Shown: positions 1 to 10,319 of the stretch, piece by piece
Numbering within the stretch: the stretch's first letter is position 1
Layout of the letters: each line of letters opens with the position of its first letter
Assembly: GCA_038087875.1 (NCBI GenBank)
Contig: JAXLNO010003911.1
Span: forward strand, 62,001 to 96,964
Reading direction: 5' to 3'
DNA from: Malacoraja senta
Lineage: Eukaryota
Length of the DNA: 34,964 nt
Position numbers and translations under genes: made by a program
Notes under the pieces: generated by a model
Databases searched by the model: none
Told to the model about the DNA's origin: nothing
What the model saw: only the letters and a program-made list of their open reading frames with translations

Positions 1-357
1 CTGCAGAGACACCAAGTCTGCAGTCACTGGAAATATCATCAGCGGCTGGGGTGGTGAAGTTGACGTCCCGCCGCTACCCGCGGTCCCGCGGTCTTCTGTA
101 GCGGATCTCCCCGCGGACCGTCTAGTCTTCATTTTGTCCATATTTCTCGTTCAACTTGCAGCGACCCTGCAAAACAAGTTTGAACGAATACACGACCTCA
201 GAATAAGCTCTAGAACTTACCTGCGGGTCTTTTAACTTAACAGTGGCAGGAGCGACGCGCCTGTCAGCCAGTCGTGGCGCCATGCAGTAGATGTAATGAC
301 GCGCATGCGGGCTGGCGGGTTCTTCACGTAGTCACTCACTTGACTCCGAAGTGAAAT
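1..357 (-). mobile_element. 5' (left) end of a DIRS1-like YR retrotransposon, running off the window start
   Basis: 296-357 (tgacgcgcatgcg...cttcacgtagtcactcacttgactccgaagtgaaat) matches the DIRS terminus at 15988-16047. An ATG at 141 opens a frame (MDKMKTRRSAGRSATEDRG...) that stays open to base 1, in the position expected for gag. Confidence 0.8.
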
Positions 358-668
358 TGAAAGTTAAATAATGATCTTGCATGAAACTGTCTCCCAGGAC
401 GCGTTGCTTACTGCAGCTGTTCGCTGCTCCGGTCCCAGTCAGGATCCCTCTTTGCCCGCTCCTCTCTCACCACGGCTGATGGTGGCCGCATGCCGCCGAG
501 ACACAGGGTTGGTGAGCGGCGTTCTGGCGTTTGCTCTGGAATGTTCTCGAACATCTCACACATGAAAATATAAGTGTCATACATGTTATTACATATTGTG
601 CCACTGACAATTGTATCAGTTAGGATCCAGCATTGTAATTCAGCATAAGTGAGAAAATAAATGTTAAT

Positions 669-951
669 TTAAAAATTACTTGCCTCTTTGCTGCCTTGAA
701 GCTTCGGTGAAGATGGGAGGTTCTCATTCTTCCTCTTCAGTATCCTGCGTTGGGTAGACAGATGTTTCGGTGGGTTAGTGATGTCAAAGAGCGTTGGAAC
801 TGCATTCCAATTTAGCCTGTTCTTGGTTTGCTTGTGGGAAAACTGGTCAAGTTCGAAATGCTCAGAACAAAGACGGTAGTTATTTGACAAATACTCCGCA
901 GTTCGCTGTAGGAGATCATGTCGACGAGTATTCTGGACCCACTGTCGACAT
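669..951 (-). CDS. THAP zinc-finger gene, exon 2
   Basis: Acceptor tttcag at 952. Translates (R)CRQWVQNTRRHDLLQRTAEYLSNNYRLCSEHF...NAVPTLF, giving the C-x2-H and AVPT box of THAP. In phase with exon 1. Confidence 0.85.
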
Positions 952-975
952 CTGAAATTACAGAAAATATCATGC

Positions 976-1290
976 AGTCAATATGTTCTTATTCTACGTT
1001 AAATGACAGAGAGGTAGAAAGAAAATGCTCTTGAGGAAAAGATGTTTACAAGGATGTTGCCATGAGGCCTCGACTATACCTGGGACAAAGTGGAGCACCC
1101 AGCTCTGAACTATAGTGAGAGTTCGGGCAGACTTCATACAATTGTCAGTATAAAACAGAGTCAATATGTTCTTATTCTGCATTAAATAACAGAGAGGTAG
1201 AAAGAGAAGATTTTTACAAGTATGTTGCCATGAGGACTCAACTATCTGATCTCTATGATCTAACTACAGTGAGAGATTGAACAGGCTAAA
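976..1290. repeat. Imperfect tandem duplication (period about 183 bp) inside the THAP intron
   Basis: agtcaatatgttcttattct...gttgccatgagg.ctc.actat occurs at 976-1077 and 1159-1245. Confidence 0.8.
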
Positions 1291-1333
1291 TAACATTTTC
1301 AATATGCCACAGAAGTAATACATGTTTTCTTAC

Positions 1334-1443
1334 CTTTCCTCCTTAATGGGGAACCTGAAGAAAGACAAGTGGGGTCGCCTACATTGGTGATTGGAACAAT
1401 TTACTGCAGAGCAGAATGCAACACTAGTAGACGTGGACACCAT
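1334..1443 (-). CDS. THAP zinc-finger gene, exon 1
   Basis: ATG at 1443, MVSTSTSVAFCSAVNCSNHQCRRPHLSFFRFPIKEE, then the donor AG|gtaag at 1333. The C-x4-C and FFRFP motifs are typical of the THAP N-terminus. The intron is 382 nt, phase 2. Confidence 0.85.
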
Positions 1444-1586
1444 GGACAAAGCAAAGATACGAGTGCGGAGGGAGGCGGAAGCAAAGATCCTATCTTTGGT
1501 CGGAAGCAAGATGGACGGAAGCTGGTTACGGAAATGGGTCCTATAATTACCCATGAATCTGCCCATCACCGTACTACGTGTTTATC

Positions 1587-1663
1587 GCAGGAGTGGTCCA
1601 TCTTGCTCCGCTATAGGATCTTTGGTCAAAGATACTAGAGGAGCAAGATAGACCACTCCTACG
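1587..1663. repeat. Near-perfect palindrome, probably two head-to-head DNA transposon ends (CAAAG..., P-like)
   Basis: 1587-1624 is the reverse complement of 1627-1663 with a few mismatches. Both arms start CAAAGAT when read outward from the gt spacer at 1625-1626. Confidence 0.6.
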
Positions 1664-1937
1664 AAATCCAATGGAATGACGTGTAGTACGTATCGGAACG
1701 CAACGGAACGTCATTTCCACCATTTTAGGAATAAGATCCCGATCCCCGTTATGTCTCTCAGTTTAATCCACGTCAGTCCATTGGATTTAGCAGTTTATCT
1801 TGGTCTTTTAGCCTTCTATGTTAGACCATTATTATCTTTGTTTATAATAAATAAGGTGCTTCTTTTAAAAAATAATAAAAAGGGCAACTGCGTATAAAAT
1901 GGGCGACAATGCGCAATGAAAGGTCTCTGGACCACAT

Positions 1938-2002
1938 ATGACGCGTGTGCGGCTGGACGGGCTCTTCTTCACGTAGTCACTCACGTGACTCCGAAGTAAA
2001 AT
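1938..2002 (-). mobile_element. Orphan DIRS left terminus (65 bp)
   Basis: cttcacgtagtcactcacgtgactccgaagtaaaat (1967-2002) is 35/36 complementary to the ICR at 11543-11578. Confidence 0.85.
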
Positions 2003-2718
2003 TCCACAGATTCACAACTCTTTGGGTGGAAAAAGTCTTCCTCATCTCAGTCCTAAATGGCCGACCCCTTATTCTTAAACTGCGACGACCCCAACATAGG
2101 GATCATTTTTCCTGTATCTAGACTGTCCAATCCCTTAAGAATTTTATATGTATCTATAGGATCCCCTCTAATCCTTCTAAATGCCAGTGGATATAAGCCC
2201 AGTCGATCAATTCTTTCATCGCGCCATCCCGGGAATTAAGCTGGTGAACCTACGCTGTATTCCCTCTATGGCAATAATGTCCTTACAGAAATTAGGGAGA
2301 CCAAAACTGTACACAATACTCCAGGTGTGGTCTCACCAGTGCCCTGTACAACTGCAGTTGGACCTCCTTGCTCCTATACTGAAATCCTCTTGCTATGAAG
2401 GCCAACATGCCATTAGCTTTCTTCACTGCCCGCTGTATCTGCCTTCTTGTTCTTACCATCAAAGTGGATAACCTCACATTTATCCACATTATACTGAATC
2501 TTCCATGCATCTGCCCACTCACCCAACCTATCCATCAACCTGCAGCCTCATAGCATCCTCCTCGCAGCACACACTGCCACCCAGCTTTGTGCTATATACA
2601 AACGGAGATGTTACATTTAATTCCTTTGACTACAGTGTTAATATCTATTGTCAATAACTGGGGTCCCAGCACTGAGCCTTGTGGCACTCCGCTAGTCACT
2701 GCCTGCCATTATGAAAAG
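2003..2718 (-). mobile_element. CR1 LINE fragment (RT C-terminus) with internal deletions
   Basis: The minus ORF 2292-2522 contains QRAVKKANGMLAFIARGFQYRSKEVQLQLYRALVRPHLEYCVQFWSP. Confidence 0.9.
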
Positions 2719-2819
2719 TACCCAATGTCCTGTGTCCGCTCAGATCTGGCACCAGATAGGCAACACATCGTACTGTAGTCTCACCCATGGCCGCAGAAAC
2801 AGCAGAGTCCCCATCACTA

Positions 2820-3350
2820 TTTGAGCAATTTTGGATACCATATCTGAGGAAGGATATGCTGGCTCTGGAGAGGGTCCAGAGAAGGTTTACAAGAATGATC
2901 CCAGGAATGAGTAGGTTAACCTATGATGAGCGTTTGTCGGCACTGGGCATGTACTCGCTGGAGTTTAGAAGAATGAGGCGGGACCTCATTGATACGTACA
3001 GAATAGTGAAAGGATTTGATAGAGTGGATGTGGAGCAGATGTTTCCACCAGTGGTTGAGTCGAGGACTAGAGGGCGTAGCCTCAGAATTAAAGGATGTTC
3101 ATGTTGGAAGGAGAGGAGGAGGAATTTCTTCAGAGGGAGGTGAATCTGTGGAATTCTTTGCCAGAGAAGGCTGTGGAGGCCAAGTCAATGGATATTTTAA
3201 GGGATAGGTAGAACGATTTTTGATTAGTACGGGGTCAGGGGTTATGGGGAGAAGGCGGGAGAATGGGATTAGGAGGGAGAGATAGATCAGCAATGATTGA
3301 GTGGCAGAGTAGTCGATGGGCCGAATGGCCTAATTCTACTCCTATCACGG
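2820..3350 (+). mobile_element. CR1 LINE 3' fragment
   Basis: FWIPYLRKDMLALERVQRRFTRMIPG...RMRRDLIDTYRIVKG, followed by the CR1 3' UTR (gggccgaatggcctaattctactcc). Confidence 0.9.
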
Positions 3351-3408
3351 ATGACTTTATGACCACATGCTCCTCACTGCCCTCCACCTCTCGCACTCTT
3401 CCCTTCCC

Positions 3409-5536
3409 TGCAATGGAAGGCATTTAAAGACTGCATGGATGAACTACAAAAATTGTTCATCCCAGTTTGGCAAAATAATAAATCAGGGAAGGTAGTGCAT
3501 CCGTGGATAACAAGGGAAATCAGGGATAGTATCAAAGCAAAAGATGATGCGTACAAATTAGCCAGAAAAAGCAGCATACCAGAGGACTGGGAGAAATTCA
3601 GAGACCAGCAGAGGAGGACAAAGGGCTTATTTAGGAAAGGGAAAATGGATTAGGAAAGAAAACTGGCAGGGAACATAAAAACTGACTGCAAAAGTTTTTA
3701 TAGATATGTGAAGAGAAAGAGATTAGTTAAAACAAATGTAGGTCCCTTGCAGTCAGAAACAGGTGAATTGATCATGGGGAACAAGGATATGGCGGACCAA
3801 TTAAATTTGGTTCCGTCTTCACTGAGGAAGACATAAATAATCTGCCGGAAATAGCAGGGGGCCGCGGGTCAAAGGAGATGGAGGAACTGAGTGAAATCCA
3901 GGTTAGTCGGGAAGTGGTGTTGGGTAAATTGAATGGATTAAAGGCCGATAAATCACCAGGGCCAGATAGGCTGCATCCCAGAGTACTTAAGGAAGTAGCT
4001 CCAGAAATAGTGGATGCATTAGTTATAATTTTTCAAAACTCTTTAGATTCTGGAGTAGTTCCTGAGGATTGGAGGGTAGCAAACGTAACCCCACTTTTTA
4101 AGAAGGGAGGGAGAGAGAAAATGGGGAATTACAGACCAGTTAGTCTAACATCGGTAGTGGGGAAACTGCTAGAGTCAGTTATTAAAGATGGGATAGCAGC
4201 ACATTTGGAAAGTGGTGAAATCATTGGACAAAGTCAGCATGGATTTACGAAAGGTAAATCGTGTCTGACGAATCTTATAGAATTTTTCGAGGATGTAACT
4301 AGTAGAGTGGATAGGGGAGAACCAGTGGATGTGTTGTATCTGGACTTTCAGAAGGCTTTCGACAAGGTACCACATAAGAGATTAGGATACAAACATAAAT
4401 CACACGGTATTGGGGGTTCAGTATTGATGTGGATAGAGAACTGGCTGGCAAACAGGGAGCAAAGAGTAGGAGTAAACGGGTCCTTTTCACAATGGCAGGC
4501 AGTGACTAGTGGGGTACCGCAAGGCTCAGTGCTGGGACCCCAGCTATTTACAATTTATATTAATGATCTGGACGAGGGAATTGAAAGCAACATCTCCAAG
4601 TTTGCGGATGACACTAAGCTGGGGGGCAGTGTTAGCTGTGAGGAGGATGCTAGGAGACTGCAAGGTGACTTGGATAGGCTGGGTGAGTGGGCAAATGTTT
4701 GGCAGATGCAGTATAATGTGGATAAATGTGAGGTTATCCACTTTGGTGGCAAAAACGGGAAGGCAGACTATTATCTAAATGGTGGCCGATTAGGAAATGG
4801 GGAGATGCAGCGAGACCTGGGTGTCATGGTACACCAGTCATTGAAAGTAGGCATGCAGGTGCAGCAGGCAGTGAAGAAAGCGAATGGTATGTTGGCCTTC
4901 ATAGCAAGAGGATTTGAGTATAGGAGCAGGGAGGTTCTACTGCAGTTGTACAGGGTCTTGGTGAGACCACACCTGGAGTATTGCGTACACTTTTGGTCTC
5001 CAAATCTGAGGAAGGACATTATAGCCATAGAGGGAGTGCAGAGAAGGTTCACCAGACTGATTCCTGGGATGTCAGGACTTTCATATGAAGAAAGACTGGA
5101 TAGACTTGGCTTATACTCGCTAGAATTTAGGAGATTGAGAGGGGATCTTATAGAAACGTACAAAATTCTTATGGGGTTGGACAGGCTAGATGCAGGAAGA
5201 TTGTTCCCGATGTTGGGGATGTCCAGGACAAGGGGTCACAGCTTAAGGATAAGGGGGAAATCCTTTAAGACCGAGATGAGGAAAAACTTTTTCACACAGA
5301 GAGTGGTGAATCTCTGGAACTCTCTGCCACAGAGGGTAGTTGAGGCCAGTTCATTGGCTATATTTAAGAGGGAGTTAGATGTGGCCCTTGTGGCTAAAGG
5401 GATCAGGGGGTATGGAGAGAAGGCAGGTACGGGATAATGAGTTGGATGATCAGCCATGATCATATTGAATGGCGGTGCAGGCTCAAAGGGCCGAATGGCC
5501 TACTCCTGCACCTATTTTCTATGTATCTATGTATGT
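3409..5536 (+). mobile_element. 5'-truncated CR1 LINE with a 519-aa open RT segment (3878-5437)
   Basis: KSPGPD, NYRPVSLTS, YLDFQKAFDKVPH, GVPQGSVLGP and FADDTK motifs. The 3' stem ggtgcagg...cctgcacc and a (tatgta)-type tail end the element. Confidence 0.95.
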
Positions 5537-5832
5537 ACCTCTGTCTCTATCGCTCCCCCTACCCGCTCCCTCAAACCTCCTCCTCTTTCTCCCCACTCCT
5601 CTCCCCTCTGCACACTCTCCCTCTCTCTCCCCACACGTCCCCCCTCTCCCCACTCTCCTCCCCTCTTCCTTCATTCCTCCCCGACTCTCTCCCCACTCCC
5701 TCTCCACAAACCTGCAGCCTGTCTCTCCCCACAGTCCTCTCCCTCCTTCCCCACACTTCTCCCGCCCTCTGTCTCCGCACTCCCTCTCCCCCCCCCCCCC
5801 ACACACACCTGCACCTTCTCTCTCCCCACAGT
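5537..5832. repeat. C/T-rich minisatellite (ctctctccccacac-like units)
   Basis: Visible polypyrimidine low-complexity tract. Confidence 0.9.
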
Positions 5833-8800
5833 CTGCGAGTTTAAACATGGCGCTGAAACAAAGCCGAAGAGACAGACGTCAGGCAGAGCCGTGATTGTCG
5901 GGGACTCCATCGTGAGAGGTACAGACAGGGGTTTCTGCGGCAACAGGTGGGATTCAAAGATGGTGTGTTGCCTCCCTGTTGCCAGGATCCAGGACGTCAC
6001 GGACCAATTACAGGGCATCCTCAAGGGTGAAGGTGAACAGCCGGAAGTGGTACTACATGTCGGCACAAATGATGTCGGGAAGAAGAGGAAAGAGATTCTG
6101 CAGCGTGACTTTACAGAGCTCGGTAGAAGGCTAAAAAGCAGGATCTCCAGGGTGGTTATCTCCGGTTTGCTTCCAGTTCCTCATGCTGGAGAGGGCAGGA
6201 ACAGGGAGATAGGGGATCTGAAGGTGCGGCTGAGGAGATGGTGCAGGGGGCAGGGATTTGGATTCTTAGACCATGGGATCTGTTTTGGGGTAAAGGTGAA
6301 TTGTACAAAAGGGACGGGTTACACCTTAACTGGCGGGGGACCGGCATTGTGGCAGGCAGGTTTGCCATTGCTACACGGGGGGGGGGGGGGGGGGTTTAAA
6401 GTAAATAGTGGGGGGGGGGAGACAAACTGGAAATGCAAGGATGGAGTTAAAGGGAAAGAGAGTATAGGAAAAGTTAAGAAAGACACCAGAATTAACGGGG
6501 CAGAAAGCTCACGAAGGGATAGGAGAGTATGGCCAAGTGTAATAGGGATCGATGTGAAAGGTGAGGTGAGTAACGGATTAAAAGTATTATATATGAATGC
6601 ACAAAGTATAAGAAGTAAAGTAGATGAGCTTGAGGCTCAGTTAGAGATTGGTAGATATGACATTGTGGGGATTACTGAGACGTGGCTGCAGGAGGATCTG
6701 GGCTGGGAACTGAATATTCAGGGTTATACGTCCTATAGAAAGGACAGGCTGGTGGGCAGAGGAGGGGGGGTAGCTCTGCTGGTGAGGGATGGAATTCAGT
6801 CCCTTGCGATGGGTCACATAGGGACTGACGATGTAGAGTCTCTGTGGATAGAATTGCGGAATTGTAAAGGTAAGAACGCACTAATGGGAGTTATTTACAG
6901 GGCCCCAAACAGTAGCGTGGATATAGGGTACAAGTTGCAGCAGGACTTAAAACTGGCATGTAACAAAGGTAATGACACTGTGGTGATGGGTGATTTCAAT
7001 ATGTGGTATTGGGAAAATCAGATTGGTTCTGGACCCCAAGAAAGAGAGTTTGTAGAATGTCTCCGAGATGGATTCTTAGAGCAGCTTGTAATGGAGCCGA
7101 CCAGAGAAAAGGCAATTCTGGATTTAGTGTTGTCCAATGAACCAGATATGATAAGGGAACTCGAGGTAAAGGAACCGCTTGGAGGTAGTGATCATAATAT
7201 GATAAGTTTCAATCTGCAATTTGAGAGTGAGAAGGTTAAATCAGAAGTGGCAGTGATGCAGTTGAACAAAGGGCACTATGAAGGCATGAGAGAGGATCTG
7301 GCCAAGGTAGACTGGAAAGGGATCCTAGCAGGAATGACGGTGGAACAGACATGGCAGGGATTTCAGGGCATAATCCAGAAGACGCAGGATCATTTCATTC
7401 CAAAGAGGAAGAAAGATTCTAAGGGGAGTAGGAGGCAACCGTGGCTGACAAGAGAAGTTAGGGATGGAATAAAACTAAAATAAAAGATGTATAACACAGC
7501 AAAGAGTAGCCGGAAGCCAGAGGATTGGGAAACTTTCATAGGACAACAGAAGGAAACAAAACGGGCTATACGGGCTGAAAAGATGAAGTACGAAGGGAAG
7601 CTGGCCAGGAATATAAAGTAGGATTGTAAAAGCTTCTTTAGATATGTTAAGGGAAAAGGATTAGTAAAGACAAATGTGGGTCCCTTGAAGGCAGAAACAT
7701 GTGAAATTATTATGGGCAATAAGGAAATGGCAGAAGAGTTGAATAGGTACTTTGGTTCTATCTTCACTAAGAAAGACACAAACAATCTCCCAGATGTACT
7801 AGAGGACGGAGGATCTCGGGACGCAGAGGAACTGGAAGAAATTTGCATTGGGCGAGAAATAATATTGGGTAGACTTGAGCTGGAAGGGTTTTGGCCCGAA
7901 ACGTTGCCTATCTCCTACGCTCCATAGATGCTGCTGCACCCGCTGAGTTTCTCCAGCATTTTTGTGTACCTCCCATATTGGGTAGACTGATGGGAGTGAA
8001 GGCTGATAAATCCCCAGGGCCTGGTGTTCTGCATCCCAGGGTACTTATGGAGGTGGCTCTGGAAATTGTGGACGCATTGGTGATCATTTTCCAAATGTTC
8101 TATAGATTCAGGATCAGTTCCGGTGGATTAGAGGGTAGCTAATGTTATCAAGAAAGGAGCGAGAGAGAAAATGAGGAATTATAGACCAGTTGGCCCGACA
8201 TCGGTGGTGGGGAAGATGCTGAAGTCAATCATTAAATAAGTAATAACGGTGCATTTGGATAGCAGTAAAAGAATTGGTCCAAGTTAGCATGGACTTATGA
8301 TGGGGAATTCCTGCTTGACTAATCTTCTGGAATTTTTTGAGGATGTGTCAAGTAAAATGGATGAAGGAGAGCCAGTGGATGTAGTGTCTCTGGACTTTCA
8401 GAAAGCGTTTGATAAGGTCCTACACAGGAGATTAGTGGGCAAAATGAGAGCACATGGTATTAGGGGTATTGACATGGATAGAGAATTGGTTGGCAGATAG
8501 GAAACAAAGCGTAGGAATAAACGGGTCCCTGTCAGAATGGCAGGCCATGGCAAGTGGAGTGCCGCAAGGCTCGGTGCTGAGGCCGCAAATATTTACAATA
8601 TATATTAATGGTTTAGATGATGGGATTAAAAGTAATACTAACAAATTTGCAGATGACACAAAGCTGAGTGGCAGTGTGATCTGTGAAGAGGATGCGAGGA
8701 GGTTGCAGGGTGACTTGGACACGTTACGTGAGTGGGCGGATGCATGACAGATGCAGTATAATACAGATAAATGTGAGGTTATTCACTTTGGCGGCAAGAA

Positions 8801-9361
8801 CAAGGGTGCAGATTGTTATCTCAATGGTGTCAGATTAGGGAAAAGGGAAGTGAAACGAGACCACACCTGGGATGATGTGTGCAGTTGAGGACATCCTTGC
8901 TATTGAGGTAGTGCAGCGTCGGTTCACCAGGTTAATCCCTGGGATAGCGGGACTGTCATATGAAGAAAGATTGGAAAGACTGGGCTTGTGTTCACTGGAA
9001 TTTAGAAAGATGAGAGGGGATCTTATAGAAACATATAAAATTATAAAAGGACTGGAGAAGCTGGATGCAGGAAAAATGTTCCCAATGATGGGGGAGTCCA
9101 GAACCAGGGGGCACAGTCAAAGAATAAATGGGAGGCCATTTAAAACTGAGATGAGAAACAACTTTTTCACCCAAGAGAGTTGTGAATTTATGCAATTCTC
9201 TGGATGCATTTAAAAGAGAGTTAGATAGAGCTCTTGGGGCTAGCGGAATCAAAGGATATGGGGAGAAGGCAGGCACTGGTTAATGATTGTAGATGATCAG
9301 CCATCACAATGAAAGGCGGTGCTGGCTCGAAGGGCCGAATGGCCTCCTTCACCTATTTTCT
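5833..9361 (+). mobile_element. Near full-length CR1 LINE of a second subfamily: ORF1 SGNH esterase, ORF2 APE endonuclease and RT, disabled
   Basis: ORF1 has VIVGDSIVR and HVGTND, plus DGLHL in the shifted frame. APE has YMNAQSIRSK, ITETWL, GGGVALLV, MGDFN and SDH. RT has LDFQKAFDKV and FADDTK. Multiple stops, frameshifts and deletions. Confidence 0.93.
7876..7974 (+). mobile_element. 99-bp short element (Penelope-like pLTR / hammerhead-type repeat) inserted in CR1
   Basis: Flanked by a 14-bp direct repeat atattgggtagact (7862-7875, 7975-7988). Sequence matches the repeats at 30852-30946, 31356-31560 and 34755-34850. Confidence 0.75.
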
Positions 9362-9500
9362 ACCCTCCCACCCTCTCTCTCCACACTCCCTCTCTTTCCT
9401 CACACACCCCCTCTCTCCAGACGCTCCTAACATTTCTCTACAAACTACATCTCTCTCCCCACACTACTCCCAATCTCTCTCCCCACACACCTGTCTCATC
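9362..9500. repeat. C/T-rich minisatellite
   Basis: Same ctctctccccacac-type units as 5537-5832. Confidence 0.85.
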
Positions 9501-9769
9501 TTCGCCTAAGATGTGGAATAATAATACTGACACAATATCTACAGGTCACATTCCTTTGTCTCTGTGTTTATTATCTCCCCGGGCCATGGCCTCCTGCCCA
9601 CACCCTGCTTACACAGCGCACACCCGATCTGTCCTTCACGTCAGCTGATACAAAGGGCAAGATATTTGCATATCATTATCATAACTCATCGTCCTCTGGC
9701 AGCTTGTTCCATACACCCAGCACCCTCTATGTGAAGAACCCACCTCAGATTCCTGTTAATTTCTGAAAT

Positions 9770-9978
9770 ATTGGTCATACATTTGGTGCAAAAATGCTCC
9801 AAAATAAGGCTCAGAATGCATCAGAGAGCATCTAAAACCCCTGAGCTTCCAGGACCCCGGCATCGAGGGACTTCACGCTTCGCGCTCGTGATGTATGTAG
9901 CGCGCAGATTAGTTCACATTACATTTGTTGTAATCCTGTAATGTCACCCCCCTTGTTGAAAAGCTTCGTACGGGCCTG
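9770..9978 (-). mobile_element. Possible end of a non-autonomous hAT-like DNA transposon
   Basis: The minus strand begins CAGGCCCGTACG, a CAG start as in hAT termini. No partner terminus or TSD was found. Confidence 0.35.
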
Positions 9979-10310
9979 CTCCTCCCACTCTCTCTCCCCA
10001 CTCCCCCTCTCTATCCCCACGCTCCTCCCCCTCTCTCCCCACACCCCCTCTCTATCCCCACATCCACTCTCTCTCCCCACTCCCCCTCTCTATCCCCACA
10101 CTTCTCCCACTCTCTCTCCCCACTCCCTCTCTATCCCCACACTCCTCCCCCTCTCTCTCCCCACACCCCCTCTCTATCCCCACACTCCTCCACACTCTCT
10201 CCCCACTCCCCCTCTCTATCCCCACACTCCTCCCCCTCTCTCTCCCCACTCCCCCTCTCTATCCCCACACTCTCTCCCCACTCCTCCACATTCCCCCACC
10301 TCCCCTGCTG
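9979..10310. repeat. C/T-rich minisatellite array
   Basis: Repeated units such as ctctctatccccacactcc and ctctctccccactcccc. Confidence 0.9.
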
Positions 10311-10319
10311 TCCAACAGA

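Noticed and set aside
5456-7483. 675-aa ORF that looks like an esterase-endonuclease fusion protein
   Set aside because: It starts in a CR1 3' UTR and runs through a C/T microsatellite. A 1-nt loss near 6272 moves ORF1 out of its true frame (DHW...DGLHLNW) and poly-G runs carry it into ORF2, so the fusion is a decay artefact.
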